Source: a virus (taxonomy: Duplodnaviria > Caudoviricetes). From it: a stretch of 64,000 nt of DNA. Shown here piece by piece: positions 1-12,545 of this stretch; position 1 is the stretch's first letter; each line of letters opens with the position of its first letter. The position numbers were made by a program, and so were the translations under genes. The stretch lies in the IMG/VR virus record IMGVR_UViG_3300021400_000126, positions 69,307 through 133,306 of that record; one strand, given 5' to 3'. The notes beneath the pieces were generated by a model. It was not told the origin of the DNA and searched no databases. It worked only from the letters and a program-made list of their open reading frames with translations.

Positions 1-72
1 TTGAAAAAATGTTAAATGATAACCCCGAAGATTTCATTAAAAAATATTGTAATTAATAAGGAGATTTTACAT

Positions 73-1605
73 ATGAATACTTTTTTAAATGAAATGAAAA
101 ATAATGCAAATTTTGATTATACAGAAAATGGTGGATTAACAAGAAAAACAACTAAATCCAAAGTATTAGATATGTTTGGAATGGGCGGAGCTTATAGAGA
201 GCGTTCAGATAGCGATGTCATTTTACTATTCAAAGAAGCATTTGAAGAAGATGCTTTATTGGCTATGAAATGTCTTTTTTATCTTCGTGACATTCGCGGA
301 GGCCAGGGAGAAAGACGTTTCTTTAGAGTAGCTTTTAGATGGTTATGTAATATCCATCCCGAAGTTGCAAAGAAAAATCTTATCAATGTTAGTGAATATG
401 GACGTTGGGATGATTTAATTTATACAACAGTAGGAACTAAATGTCAAATAGATGCATTTAATATTATTAAGCACCAGTTAGCTCTTGATATTAAATGCAA
501 TACTCCTTCTTTACTTGCTAAATGGATGCCTTCTCAAAATGCTTCCAATGAATATACAAAAAAATTAGGCTATATATTAGCTAATTTTCTTGGTATGACG
601 AGTAGAGAATATCGTAAAACTTTATCTGTTTTACGAGAAAGAATTAATGTCCTTGAGCGATTAATGAGCGCGAATCGTTGGAATGAAATCAAATTTGATA
701 AAATTCCTTCTAAGGCGGGCCTCATATATAAAAATGCTTTCGCTCGCCGCGACATTCTCGCCAAGAGATATGAAGCATTTGCCAAAAGTGATAAGACTAA
801 AGTAAATGCAGAAGCTCTTTATCCTCACGACATTGCTCATATGGCTTTGAGAGGAGTACAGTGTAAAGACATCGAAGACCCCGAACGTCTCATGCTTCAA
901 AAGTACTGGGATAATTTAAAAGATTTTTATAATGGAAGAGAAGAAAATGGACTTGCTATAGTTGATGTATCTGGCTCAATGTACGGAACCCCCATGGAAG
1001 CCGCAATTTCTATGGGAGCATATATTGCAGATAAAGCACATGGACCTTTTGCAAATCATTTTATTACTTTTTCCGCTCATCCTAAATTAGTAGAATTCAA
1101 AGGCATTGATATTGTTGATAAATTCAATCGTTGTATTAATGCGGACTGGGGGATGAACACTAATATTCAAGCGGTATTTGATATGTTATTAGATACTGCA
1201 AAAAAGAAAAGGGTAAGACCAGAAGATATGCCGACTCGACTTTATATTTTTTCTGATATGGAATTTGATAGGTGTGTATTTTTTGATAATAGCTCTTTTA
1301 AATCATCCCAAGATATTTGGGGAGGATGGTCAAGAAGGAATAGTGTTAGTTCTATAGAGGAAATAAATTCCAATCTTGAACGCATCAAACAGAATTGGGA
1401 AGCCGCAGGATACAAAATACCTTCAATTATCTTTTGGAATTTAGATGCTCGTCATAATCATATTCCCGCTATTGGTGAAGGATTTAGTTATGTAAGCGGA
1501 TTTTCCCCCAGTATGATTGATTGTATTTTAGGAGGTAAAGATGGTTATGATTTGATGATTGCTAAACTAGTTGAGTCTGGAAGGTATGATAAAATTGTAA
1601 TTTAA
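73..1605 (+). CDS. DUF2828-family TROVE/vWA (Ro60-related) protein
   Basis: RDIRGGQGERR, EYGRWDDL, LAKWMPS, vWA MIDAS-like VDVSGSM, FSDMEFD, IIFWNL. ATG 73 follows AAGGAG RBS (track start 16 is upstream). No TAG. Confidence 0.85.
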   Translation: MNTFLNEMKNNANFDYTENGGLTRKTTKSKVLDMFGMGGAYRERSDSDVILLFKEAFEEDALLAMKCLFYLRDIRGGQGERRFFRVAFRWLCNIHPEVAKKNLINVSEYGRWDDLIYTTVGTKCQIDAFNIIKHQLALDIKCNTPSLLAKWMPSQNASNEYTKKLGYILANFLGMTSREYRKTLSVLRERINVLERLMSANRWNEIKFDKIPSKAGLIYKNAFARRDILAKRYEAFAKSDKTKVNAEALYPHDIAHMALRGVQCKDIEDPERLMLQKYWDNLKDFYNGREENGLAIVDVSGSMYGTPMEAAISMGAYIADKAHGPFANHFITFSAHPKLVEFKGIDIVDKFNRCINADWGMNTNIQAVFDMLLDTAKKKRVRPEDMPTRLYIFSDMEFDRCVFFDNSSFKSSQDIWGGWSRRNSVSSIEEINSNLERIKQNWEAAGYKIPSIIFWNLDARHNHIPAIGEGFSYVSGFSPSMIDCILGGKDGYDLMIAKLVESGRYDKIVI

Positions 1606-1617
1606 TATAAATATTGG

Positions 1618-1646
1618 AAAAGGAGATGTGTAAGCGTCTCCTTTTT
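1618..1646 (+). terminator. intrinsic terminator
   Basis: AAAAGGAGATG-TGTAAG-CGTCTCCTTTTTT hairpin plus T-run after the DUF2828 gene. Confidence 0.8.
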
Positions 1647-1777
1647 TATTTATATATGCAAAATTTTTATAGAACCTGATTAAAAGATTAAAAAATGGAC
1701 GGCGCGCAGACACTCGCCTTTAGAAAATAAAAAGTGGTCTATGATTTTTTCTTTTTGATTTTTATAAAATAGTTTTT

Positions 1778-1820
1778 GGTCAAGAATAGATAAATGAACT
1801 TTTAAAATTTTAAGATAGAG
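1778..1820 (+). promoter_or_regulatory. putative phage late-promoter motif GGTCAA-N4-AGATAA...ATTTT
   Basis: same motif and spacing seen upstream of four other TAG-rich operons. Confidence 0.5.
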
Positions 1821-1870
1821 TGTAGGAAAAACAAACTACAATATTTATAGAAAAGGGAGACTTATACATC

Positions 1871-2338
1871 ATGTTAGCATTACTTCAAAACTACTCCTTA
1901 TCAGATATTTTTATATTTACAATTTTTTTAGCATTAGCTATAAAAAGTTTAATTTCTTTTTTTGACTGGTTTCAGGAATATTTTAAAAGAATTTTTAACA
2001 AAGAATATAATAAAATAAATGAAAAAGAGAGCTTAGAAAAAAGATTGCGTCAAGGAGACGAAACAATGGCTATGTTAAAAGCCAATCAAAAAGCTACAGA
2101 TTAGATATTAAAAGATTTATCTAAAAAAATAGATGTATTAATAGATTCAGATAAAGATCATATTAAATCTTATATAACTAAATAGCATCATTATTTTTGT
2201 TATTAGAGGGGATGGATTGATGATTTTAGTCTGGACTGTTTAGAAAAACGATATCAACATTATGCAAATGAAGGCGGCAATTCTTTTATAGAAGGATTTA
2301 TGGAAGAATTAAGAGCCTTACCAAAACAACCTAAATAA
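1871..2338 (+). CDS. holin-like membrane protein (155 aa, 3 in-frame TAG)
   Basis: N-terminal TM helix and coiled coil. Reading through TAG gives ...YITK*HHYFCY*RGWIDDFSLDCLEKRYQHYANEGGNSFIEGFMEELRALPK to TAA 2336-2338. Confidence 0.7.
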
Positions 2339-2367
2339 ATATATTAGAGATACAAGGAGATATTAAA

Positions 2368-5300
2368 ATGCCAATTTTAAATAATTTATATCCGCCTGTA
2401 GTTCCAGATACTATGCCGGCTTTCAATAGGGAAGAACAATGTAATATTGGTTTTTCTATTCCTATTTATAATTCAAAAGAAGATATAGCGGAAAACCTTG
2501 TACAAATTTCAATAACAAATTTAAAAACAAATATTTCAGCTTTTAATAAAAAATTATATCCATCTGGAATAAAATTTGCTACAATGACTCCTGTTAATAA
2601 TTTATATGGATATAATTATATAGTACCAATTAATAAAAATGATTTAATAAATGGCCGCTTTGAATTAAATACTTTTTATAAAGTTCAATTAAGATTTACT
2701 AAAAAAATTGATAAAATATCAAAACCAAAAAAAGAAAAAGAAAGCGAATGGTTTGAATCTAACTCATCAAATTTTTCAGAATGGTCTAAGGCTTGTATTA
2801 TTAAGGGTATTTCTGCCCCAACTTTAACTTTAAATAATTTTTCAGAAAATAATTCAAAAACCTCAGAAGTAATATTATCTAATCCTTTAATTGATATTAC
2901 TGGAAAATTAGTTTTTAGTAAAAATGAGAATGAATATTTAAAAAATTATAATATAAAAATTTTAGATGGAGAAACTAAAAAAATCCTTTTTAGAAGTGAA
3001 GATATTTATCCAACTGCAAAAAATGAATTTAACTATGTATTACCTTATGCTTTAAAAGATGGTGATACATATTTTTTATAGATTTCTTATATAACAAATA
3101 ATTCTTTTCAACAAACTAAACAATTTAAGTTTATTGTAATAGAATATTATGGAGTAGATAATTTAAATGCAGCTATTTCAACTTAGCCAAACTCCGATAA
3201 TGGAACCATAAAAGTAACAATTACCTCTATTTTAGGAGAATCTTTTTTAGGAAGTTTTACAATTAGAAGAACTTCTTCTGAAAGTAATTTTTCTCTTTGG
3301 GAAGATGTAAAAACGGTTTCTTATGAAAAAAGTTAGCCATTAAATTATGTATGGTATGATAAAACTATTTAGAGCGGAGTTTTTTATAAATATTGCGTCC
3401 AAAAGCGCAATTCAAATGGAATACGAGGTCCTATTGTAAAACCTTAGGATAGCGGCAATAAATCATATGTAATGTGCGAATTTGAAGATATGTTTTTAAC
3501 AACTGCTAATCAACAATTAAATATTAAATTTAATCCTGTTCTAAATGATTTTAAATATAATGTTACAGAATCTCAACAGGTTACAATAGGCGGAAAATAT
3601 CCATATGTAAAAAGAAATGCAGATAATTATTTTAGAACCTTTTCTATTGGTGGTTTAATTAGTTCTTTTGTAGATACCTCTGATTGGTATATCCCTAGCG
3701 CGGAGTAGTCTTCAAATGGTTATGAATTTGATGAAAAAGGTGGAGAATTAAAAAATTTTACTTCTAAAAAAGAAATTTATAAAGAAAATCTTTCATTATA
3801 TTAGTAGTATAATGAAAAAAATCATATTTCTGAATATGAAGATTATATTTATGAAAAAAGATTTAGAGAAAAAGTTTATGATTTTTTATATAAAAATGAT
3901 GTTAAACTTTTTCGGTCTAGTACTTAGGGGAATATTTTAATAAAATTAATGAATATATCTTTTCAACCAATGGAAAGTTTAAATAGAAGATTGTATTCCT
4001 TTACTGCAACTGCTGTTGAAATTGATGAAGCTAATTTATTTAATTATAATAAATATAATATAAGTGTTATTGGTGATTATCTTACTCAAGTTGAAATTGT
4101 TAAAGATGTTTTTGGTGTTATTCAAGGTACTTATGCAAATAATACTAATATATTTGATTTAATAAAAAATAAATATAATAATAATATTGATTAGGATCGT
4201 CTTATTGAAATAAATTTTCTTAAATATTTAAAAATAGAAATTGATTCTTAGCCATATCCAGTTTATTATAATAAACAAACTAAACAAGTATAGCCATTAA
4301 ATGATAATGCAATTTTTTCTGAATAGAATTTAAATTCAACTGCATTAGGTTATATAGTTACCATTAATGATAAAAATTATTTTATTCCTTCTCAAATAGA
4401 AAGAAAATCTATTTCAGACTAGAATATTCATAATGGATTTTTTGAATTAGATAATATTAAAATTACAAGTTTAAGTTTTCCGCAAGAAACAACCGTTCTT
4501 TTAACTTATACTGTATAGATTAAAGAAACAGAAAATCCTAATTATTTAATTAAAAGATTTAGTTATGAAGACGTTGTAGGTCAATTATATGGTACTTTTA
4601 ATCCTCAAGAATCTTTATTTAATTTAATTTATGTAAAATATTTTGAAAATGACAGTACATACTATAAAAGACTTGTAGATTTAATGGGCATTCGCGCAGA
4701 AGGGCCTCCTGGAGCAGTATTATATGTACAAGACTCAAATGATCAAGGATATTATAATAGGCACGTTTTAGAAAATGGATATTTGAAATTAAGAGATGAT
4801 AATGCAACTATTTTTGGATTATATTTTAAAGGAATACATCTTATAAAAAGTAAAAATTCTATTAATTTTTTAAAATCAAATCGTTTAAAAATTAATAAAA
4901 ACAACATTGATTGGGATAATGTAAAAACCTATGAAAGTATTCAAGAAATTATAGAAAAGGAATCTAATCTTCAAAATGGAGATGTTTTTAGAATATTAAA
5001 ATATGGAATTGAAGTAGATTCTTTTGATTCGGATGGTCATCCAAAAATTGATTTTTATAATGAGGGAACAACTGAAAACTCAGATAAAATAGTAAAAAGT
5101 TTTAAAGCATTATTTATTGCTTCTGAAAACTTAGATGATAATTAGGGCTGGATTGTTTCTATTGAAAATGAAGATAATTGGGGACAAGAAGTACTTAATT
5201 AGATTCATGATCTTATGCTTAAAGAAATAAAAAATGATGATTCTTTAAAATATGTATATTATTATGGAGAATGGTATCCTATTTTAAAAGCGGAAGAATT

Positions 5301-5550
5301 AAGTAAAAATCTTTTAAAAACAGATATAAGACATATTAGAGATAATGAATATATTTTAACAAATGAAATATATAATAATTTTTAGGAAATAGAAAATATT
5401 ATTCCTAATGGCGTTTATTATATTAATAATCAATATTATATTTATTATCATCAAAAATGGTATCCTTTTGATATGGATAATCATGATGTTTTATGTCCAA
5501 TAGATGGATTAATAGATTATTATTGTTAGATAGTGAGAGGAGCGTATTGA
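2368..5550 (+). CDS. large virion structural protein (~1060 aa, many in-frame TAG)
   Basis: track fragments 2368, 3472, 3949 and 4684 share one frame and end at TAG; TGA at 5548-5550, 4 nt before the next ATG. Confidence 0.75.
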
Positions 5551-5554
5551 TAAA

Positions 5555-7624
5555 ATGAGTGAATTATCAAATAATTATAAAAATGTATATATAGCTGATT
5601 AGGCTCCTTATTTAAAAGATTCTTCTTTTTTAAAAGATTTTGATAAAGTCAAATTAAAAGAACAGTTTGTCAGAATTTTAGTTTTAACTTTTGATGAAAT
5701 TCCTATGCAATAGATTCATGGAAAGGTTATAAGTGGAAATATTTCATTAGACGGGACTTCCGCAATGAGAAGAACGTGCAATATTAATTTAATTTTGGAT
5801 AATTCATAGATAACTTTAAACAATCTTAAAAATTTATTAAGTATTAATAAAAAAATTAAAATTTCAATAGGATTTACTAATGTTACAAATAAATATACTA
5901 ATTATCCTATTCTTTGGTTTCCGCAAGGTACTTATCTTATCATATCTCCTAATATTACTCATAATACAAATGGAATTAATATTTCTTTAACACTCCATGA
6001 TAAAATGGCTTTATTGAATGGAGAATGCGGAGGCGTTTTACCTGCTTCTGTTATTTTTCATGAAATAGAAGATGTTGATAGTGAAGGTAACACTTATATA
6101 ACAAAGCCTACAATATATCAAATAATTCAAGAATTAGTTAATCATTTTGGAGGAGAGCAATTAGGGAAAATTATTATTAGTGATATAGACAATCAAGCTA
6201 GACAGGTTATGAGATGGACAGGTTCAACTCCATTATATTATTATGAAGAACAAGGAGGTACAAAACTTTTTACAACTTCTATTTCAAATTTACCTCAAAA
6301 GACTTCTTATACACAATATAACTATGGAGAAAATATTGGATATACTTTAACAGATTTTACTTATCCTGGTTAGTTAATTGGAAATGCGGGAGATACTGTT
6401 GTAACTATTTTAGATAAAATTAAAGATACTTTAGGTAATTATTAGTATTTTTATGATATTAATGGTAATTTTAGATTTCAAGAAATAAAAAATTATTTAA
6501 ATACCTCAAAAGCTACTGAAATTATAAAAAATATTTCTTCTTAGCATTATTTAGTAGATTTTTATAATGAAAAATCTGTCTACACATTTGAAGATGGAGA
6601 AATTATTCAATCTTATTCAAATTCTCCTCAATTTCAACAAATAAAAAATGACTTTATAATTTGGGGAAAAAGAAAAGGATTGTAGGGGCAAGAAATCCCA
6701 ATTAGATATCATTTAGCTATTGATAATCAACCATTTTTTGGAAATACTAGATATAAGGTTTTTTTCTATACAGATCCTGAAGATAATATTAAAAAAGCTA
6801 AAATTCCTGAAGAGGGGAACCAACTACCTGAAAAAGGTGGTTTTAATAAATATTTCTTTTTAACTACAAATAATAAAATCTATAAATGGAATATGGAAAA
6901 GAATCATTGGGATGAAACTACATATCAACTTTATAAAGAAAAAAATGCTACTTAGGCAGGTATTATTGCAAAAGATTTTAGAACAGAATTATATTTATCT
7001 GGTTTATATCATGAAAATAAAGGAACTGAAAGCAATTATTATTTTGCAGAATTAAAAAATTAGTGGCCCAAAATCTATGATATTGAAAATGGAAAATTTT
7101 TTAATGAAATAGTTAAACATCCTAGTGATGTTGATTATTTTTTAGATTTTGTTAGTTATCCTGCCGCAGCTTCTGAGTTTAGTGTTTAGAATATTGGACG
7201 TAGAACTATAACTATTGTAGATGATAAAATTAATTGTATTTTCTCTCCATAGTTTCCTAATGTAGTTTTAATAAATAATTCAATGGACGCCGCGGAAATA
7301 AAAGCATTAAGATAGGAATGTATAAATAGAGGACAATAGTGGTGTCAAGTAGATGATAATGTTTATTCTATGTTAGATGTTGGAGAAGGTTTCAGATCTG
7401 CTTTTGACTAGATAAAAAGATAGTTATTTCAATATACTGATTATAATGAACAAGTTTCTTTAACTACATTACCTATTTATTATTTAGAACCTAATACTAG
7501 AATTTCAATAGAAGATTCTGAAAGTGGAATATATGGAGATTATATTGTAAAAAATATTTCTTTTTCTTTAGATATTAATGGAACTATGAACCTATCTTGT
7601 TCAAAAGCACTAGAAAGGAGTTAA
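5555..7624 (+). CDS. putative baseplate hub/tail protein (~689 aa, in-frame TAG)
   Basis: contains track fragment 6005-6373 in frame; C-terminal LPIYYLEPNTRI..GDYIVKNISFSL resembles hub proteins; TAA 7622-7624. Confidence 0.7.
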
Positions 7625-7637
7625 AAGGAGGTAAAGT

Positions 7638-8384
7638 ATGTATTAGTTTGGACAATTTTTAAGTACATAGAAAAGTTGGACAAGTTATAAAGAAGATGTT
7701 AATTTATCTGATTTAACATTTGATTATATTGTTACACAACTGTCTAATGATATTTATGGCGGCAACCAGATTAAATTTGCAAATTATTCAATGAAATATA
7801 TGGAAGAAGGTACTATTCTTCAAAATGCACATTATTATTATTTAAATTTTAAAATAAAAAGAAGAAATGATCAAAGCAACAATCATGAACAGGTTTTTTA
7901 TTTAAGATTACAAAGAGTTGAAAATGATATCGTTGTAAAATAGCAATACATAAAAACTTTTAGAGTTCCAAATTCTCTTCTTTAGGATGACTATATTTCA
8001 TTTGAAGTAATTATTGCTCCTAATTCTAATTATAATCGGATAATTTGGTAGATGCAAAGAGAAATTATAGATTATACTATTTCAGAAAAAGTAAATGGAG
8101 TTTCTTATAATGGAAGAGTTGCTATTATTCAAGTTAATACTTTTAGTGAAATAATAAATACAATTGATAGTTTTCAACTTAATTCTCAAGAAGCATCATT
8201 ATCTAAAATTGGAATCCAAGGTCCTCCTTCTTTATTAATATGTCTAAATGGGGAATAGATTAGAATTGGTAAAAATGGAATTTATGAATTAAGTAATAGT
8301 GTATAGATAGTTTTTTTAGGTTTTATTCCTAAAAAAGAAACAGACTATTTTATAATTGATTATGTATATGAAGGAGAGGATTAA
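7638..8384 (+). CDS. structural protein (248 aa, TAG at codon 3 and others)
   Basis: GGAGG RBS; in frame with fragment 8052; C-terminus SKIGIQ..IGKNGIYEL..IDYVYE; TAA 8382-8384. Confidence 0.7.
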
Positions 8385-8386
8385 AA

Positions 8387-10525
8387 ATGTATTCTTTTTA
8401 TGGTGGACGACCTGGTAATTCTTTTATTATCATTACAACTTTTGGAAGTATTGCAGATATGGTCGCTGAATTTTCAAAAGGGCCAGCTTATACAGATGTT
8501 CATTATGATGAACATATTTTAATTAATACTACAAATAAAAATGATCCAGATAATGGAAAAATTTTTAGAAGAGGCTATAATTATACAGATGAACTTGGAG
8601 GAGCTGAATATATTGGTCAAATTGTTGGACCGTCGGGACCAGCACCAAATTTATCTTTAACTGAATATGACACAATAGAAGAGTAGAAGGCAAAACATGA
8701 TCCTAAAACCGTTGCTGAAAGAATAAAATATTCAAAGGGGAGCCTTTCTTTAATAGATAATGATTTAATTCCTGGATATGATAAAGATAAAAATGAATAT
8801 AATGATAAAATTTAGTGGAATTCATACTCTATTAGAACTGAAGGAAGTGAAATCTGTAATGCATATATAGGTTTTAAAATTCCATATTTAGTTATAGATT
8901 TATTAAGTGAAAAAGTAGATGCTCATAGCGATCCTGATGTTGTTGAGCATACAGATTCTCAAGGACATCCTTTTTATAAAAAATGGATTTTAAAAATACC
9001 AGAAGGAATTAAAGGAACTTCTTTATCTAATTTAAAAATAAAAAAATATGATGAAAATGAAGATAGAGATTTAATAACTACGGATGGACAGGCATATGTT
9101 GGAACAGAAGGAAAACATATTATGATTTATGATTAGACTTCTTACGATAATCCAGTTCCTACCGTTATTCAAAAATATCTTGGAGATTATAATATTATAT
9201 AGGATATTTCCCATGAAAATGGAAAATTATTAATAAAATGTACTAATGACGATATTCCACAAGAATTTCCAATTAATGAAATTGAATCTATAAATTTAAA
9301 TAGTAAAACAGGGCAGTTTTCTATTAAATATTATAATAAAGAGACTCCAATAACATTTTCATTAAAATGGGTAAAAGATGTTGATTTTGATGAAACAAAA
9401 GGAACTTTAACTTTTAAATACGCAAATTCTGAAACATAGGAAAAAGTTTGTCCAATAAATTGGATTAAAGGAGCTGAAACTAAAAAAGTTAGTCCAAATG
9501 ATGATAGAGAATTTTTATATTTAAACTGGGTAAATCCAATAGATGGAGATTCTAAAGAAACACCTCTTTCTGATTTTAGATGGATTAAAAATTTAATTTT
9601 AACAAAAAAAGGTTAGTTACAAGTAACCTACAATGATAATACTTCTAAAATATTAAATCCAAATAATCATATAAATTGGGTAGAATCTATTGGAGTTAAT
9701 AAGAATGGCGGTTTACATTGTATTTTAAATGATGGAAACACTTATAATATTACAATGGAAAATTCATTAAAATGGATAACTTCAACTTAGATTAGTGATA
9801 CAGGAGTTCTTACTATTAATTATAATGCGGGAAGCCCTCAAACTTTAGAAGAACACCCAATTAGATGGATAAAATCAATAGATTTATCAGCAGATGGAAC
9901 TTTAACCATTGTTTATAATACTGGTGAAACATAGGAAATGGTTAATAAAATTCGTTGGGTTCAAGATATGACAATGAATGATGATACTGGAGATGTTACG
10001 GTAGAATATAATGATAATACTACTAGTGTTTTAGGAACTCTTAGATCCATAGATTCTGTAAGTATTAATGAAGATAATCATTTAATGATTTTGTATTCTG
10101 ATTCTGAAGAAGCTGTTGATGCGGGAAGCGTTGCGGCAAATCTTATTTTTGATTAGCCTGTTTATGGATTAAATTGGAGCGGAATTGGTCAAATCGTTGT
10201 TTCAATAGAAGAAGAAGAGGGAATAGGTACTCAAACTGTAAAATATTTAAATTTTACCACATCCGCGACTTCTTTAATAGCAGATAAAACAATTAATCTT
10301 TTAGGATGTGATAATTTAATTACAACATTAAGAACAAATCAAGCTCAAATCTCTTTTGGTGAAAATTATTTGTCATTAATATCAGTTGAAAAAAATTTGA
10401 TTGGTTTGAATTTTATGATAAGAATTCCTGAGACAGAAAATTCAGCTATTTATGAAGATTTGACAGAAGGGGCTCTTGTGGATGTATTTATTTCAGGAGT
10501 AGATCTTTAGTTTATTGGATAGTAA
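8387..10525 (+). CDS. repeat-containing tail/baseplate protein (~712 aa)
   Basis: fragments 8387 and 9938 in frame; tandem (I/L)xW(I/V)..G.L.V.YN repeats; ends TAG-TAA. Confidence 0.7.
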
Positions 10526-10541
10526 TAAGAGGTGATAATAA

Positions 10542-10898
10542 ATGGCTTTTAATGGATTTTTTGGTCAAATATCAGGTCCTTTTCAAGCAAATTAGAATAT
10601 TTTTGAAAAAATAAAAACAGAACAAACTAATAATAAAATGAATTATATTTCTAAAATAGGAATTCATTATCCAGTAAATTTTGATTATCCATTAAATTTT
10701 AGTTAGAATTTTCAAGCAGCAGATTCTTTTTGTTTTCCAATTAAAGTTTCTTTATATGATGGAAAGCAAAAAAAAAGCAGGATTTTTCAAATAGGTAAAA
10801 CAGGAATATTGGAATTATAGGATGTAAAAATTACATCTATTTATTTTTTAAATAATATAGATGATAATATTTATATTGATTATCAATATTAGTTATAA
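10542..10898 (+). CDS. small structural protein, paralog of the C-terminus of 7638..8384 (118 aa, 4 TAG)
   Basis: absent from the track. SKIGIH..IGKTGILEL*DV..IDYQY*L; GAGG RBS; TAA 10896-10898. Confidence 0.7.
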
Positions 10899-10901
10899 AA
10901 T

Positions 10902-10960
10902 AAAAAAATAAAGGCATATTATATATAATTAGTTATATATAATATGCCTTTTTATTTTTT
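10902..10960. terminator. bidirectional terminator between convergent operons
   Basis: 18-bp perfect stem AAGGCATATTATATATAA-TTAG-TTATATATAATATGCCTT flanked by A- and T-runs. Confidence 0.85.
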
Positions 10961-11050
10961 TAATTGATTTATTTTAATTGTAAAATATTGATAAATGAAT
11001 TATGACAGATAAAGATAAACTGCTTATCTACCTACCAATAATTCACAATA

Positions 11051-11116
11051 TTACTGGTCACCGGTCAGGTCTTCTGACATAGCTATCACGATGCTGTTGA
11101 TGAGCTCTTCCTGCAT
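11051..11116 (-). pseudogene. probable N-terminal remnant of a tyrosine recombinase
   Basis: GGAGGTG RBS then MQEELINSIVIAMSEDLTGDQ-stop; resembles (from memory) N-termini of recombinases that follow tail-fibre cassettes. Confidence 0.35.
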
Positions 11117-11174
11117 AAAAATCACCTCCGGGATAACTATACCCCAGAAGTGGCTGATACATTAAATATGGATA

Positions 11175-11543
11175 TTACTTTAATCTTAACGCGTTAAGGA
11201 TTCCATGGCTGACTGTCGCATTACTGTCTGAATAAACAGACAGATACACATTTGAAGTGGCGGATAGAGTCACAACCGCTGACGTCTGCATACCAAGATT
11301 ACGGCTTGCGGCGGTGTCAGAATAGTGTGCTTGAACACCATCTTTTTCTGAGCCTGGCTGTGCACCAGTTCCGACACTCATACTGAGTCTGCCTGCAGGA
11401 ATTGATGCCCATCGCACATGACCTGTCAGAAGGTAAACTCCCGCAGGCAAACTTAATGTACAGACAGTAGCGTAGCTGGTTGACGACACAGATGTATTAG
11501 TACTTTTACTTGTAGTACTGATAGCACCAATCTTGCTATTTAA
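11175..11543 (-). CDS. silent alternative receptor-binding C-terminal cassette
   Basis: open frame beginning LNSK at the TTAAATAGCAA repeat, with no convincing start of its own; beta-rich LPAGVYLLTG tail-fibre tip-like domain. Confidence 0.6.
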   Translation of the reverse strand, partial: LNSKIGAISTTSKSTNTSVSSTSYATVCTLSLPAGVYLLTGHVRWASIPAGRLSMSVGTGAQPGSEKDGVQAHYSDTAASRNLGMQTSAVVTLSATSNVYLSVYSDSNATVSHGILNALRLK

Positions 11544-11842
11544 TAATAGATTCTCACCCAATTGAGAGTGCATCGAGTGCAGACAATTTTGTATTCTTGG
11601 CCAGACTTAACAGGTACTGCAACTGCAAAAGTTGAATTTGCGTTTATAGCACCGTACCTTTTTTCAATAAGTATATCGCCAGACACGTCGACTTCAAGTG
11701 ATGGCACGATGCTCTGATCGCTATCTGTTGCCGCAAAAGCGACCATCCAACCTGATCTTGGTGCGGTGAAGTAGACCCCACTAGTCACAGCTACAGTTGT
11801 AGAGTATCCTTGACTGGGACCGACTATCGCATTGCTATTTAA
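11533..11842 (-). repeat. 11-bp direct repeats TTAAATAGCAA (11533-11543, 11832-11842)
   Basis: identical copies, both read Leu-Asn-Ser in the cassette frames. Confidence 0.8.
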
Positions 11843-11929
11843 CTCCTCAATGCCATCCTCGATATTATTCATATTATCCGCAGATAATGGTGTTTCACCA
11901 GTTACCCAAGTTGTTTTTGTATATGCCAT
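11540..11929 (-). CDS. small receptor-binding/tail fibre protein (129 aa)
   Basis: GGAG RBS; MAYTKTTWVTGETPLSADNMNNIEDGIEEL anchor-like N-terminus plus variable tip domain. Confidence 0.7.
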   Translation of the reverse strand: MAYTKTTWVTGETPLSADNMNNIEDGIEELNSNAIVGPSQGYSTTVAVTSGVYFTAPRSGWMVAFAATDSDQSIVPSLEVDVSGDILIEKRYGAINANSTFAVAVPVKSGQEYKIVCTRCTLNWVRIYY

Positions 11930-12002
11930 AATTTTTCTCCTTTTTTCCAAAAAGAGACTACCACAATTAAATGATAGCTCTTGTGTATTTTACTATATAT
12001 TT

Positions 12003-12381
12003 TATATTTGATTGATAAACTGTTAAAAAGCCTGTTTTTCTTGTTTAGACTTAGCCTCATTCATCATCTCATGCAACTCATTCATCATTTCTTCTTTACC
12101 GTTGCCGTAGCTTCTACTCATGTGATAATTATTGTATCGGTTGTTATAGTTTCTTCCTGCGTTAGCATAAGAAGCTGGCATATAGCCACCATAACTGCGG
12201 CTTGGTCAAATCCTTGCTGAACACCATATCCGTAACCGCCTGTGCCATTACCGTTTTCCCAATTATTACCCATAAGAGCAAACAGGAAGAGAATGATAAT
12301 CCACCAAGCGCCGTCATCATTGCCAAAGCCACCATTATTACCTGTTACAGCAGCAGACATATCAGAAGTAGAAATTCCCAT
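12003..12381 (-). pseudogene. decayed second copy of the Gly-rich cassette
   Basis: 12381 down: AAVTGNNGGFG.DGAWWIIILF..VQQGFDQAA matches 16643..17476 then diverges; 12121 down: MSRSYGNGKEEMMNELHEMMNEA fragment with an internal TAA. Confidence 0.65.
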
Positions 12382-12545
12382 AGAAAAAAGTCTCCTTTCG
12401 TAAGTAAAAGATTAAATGTTAAAAACTAGCTACTCATGCATGAGTTCCTTTTAATCCTTTTCCTTTGAATCCTTTTTCCTTTTACTCCGATTTATATAAA
12501 ATTATCCACAGAAAATCTGGGGATAAATTTTATCAAAAACATTGA

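Noticed and set aside
10768-10776. A9 run as a phase-variation or frameshift site
   Set aside because: The frame is intact and such runs are common at this AT content
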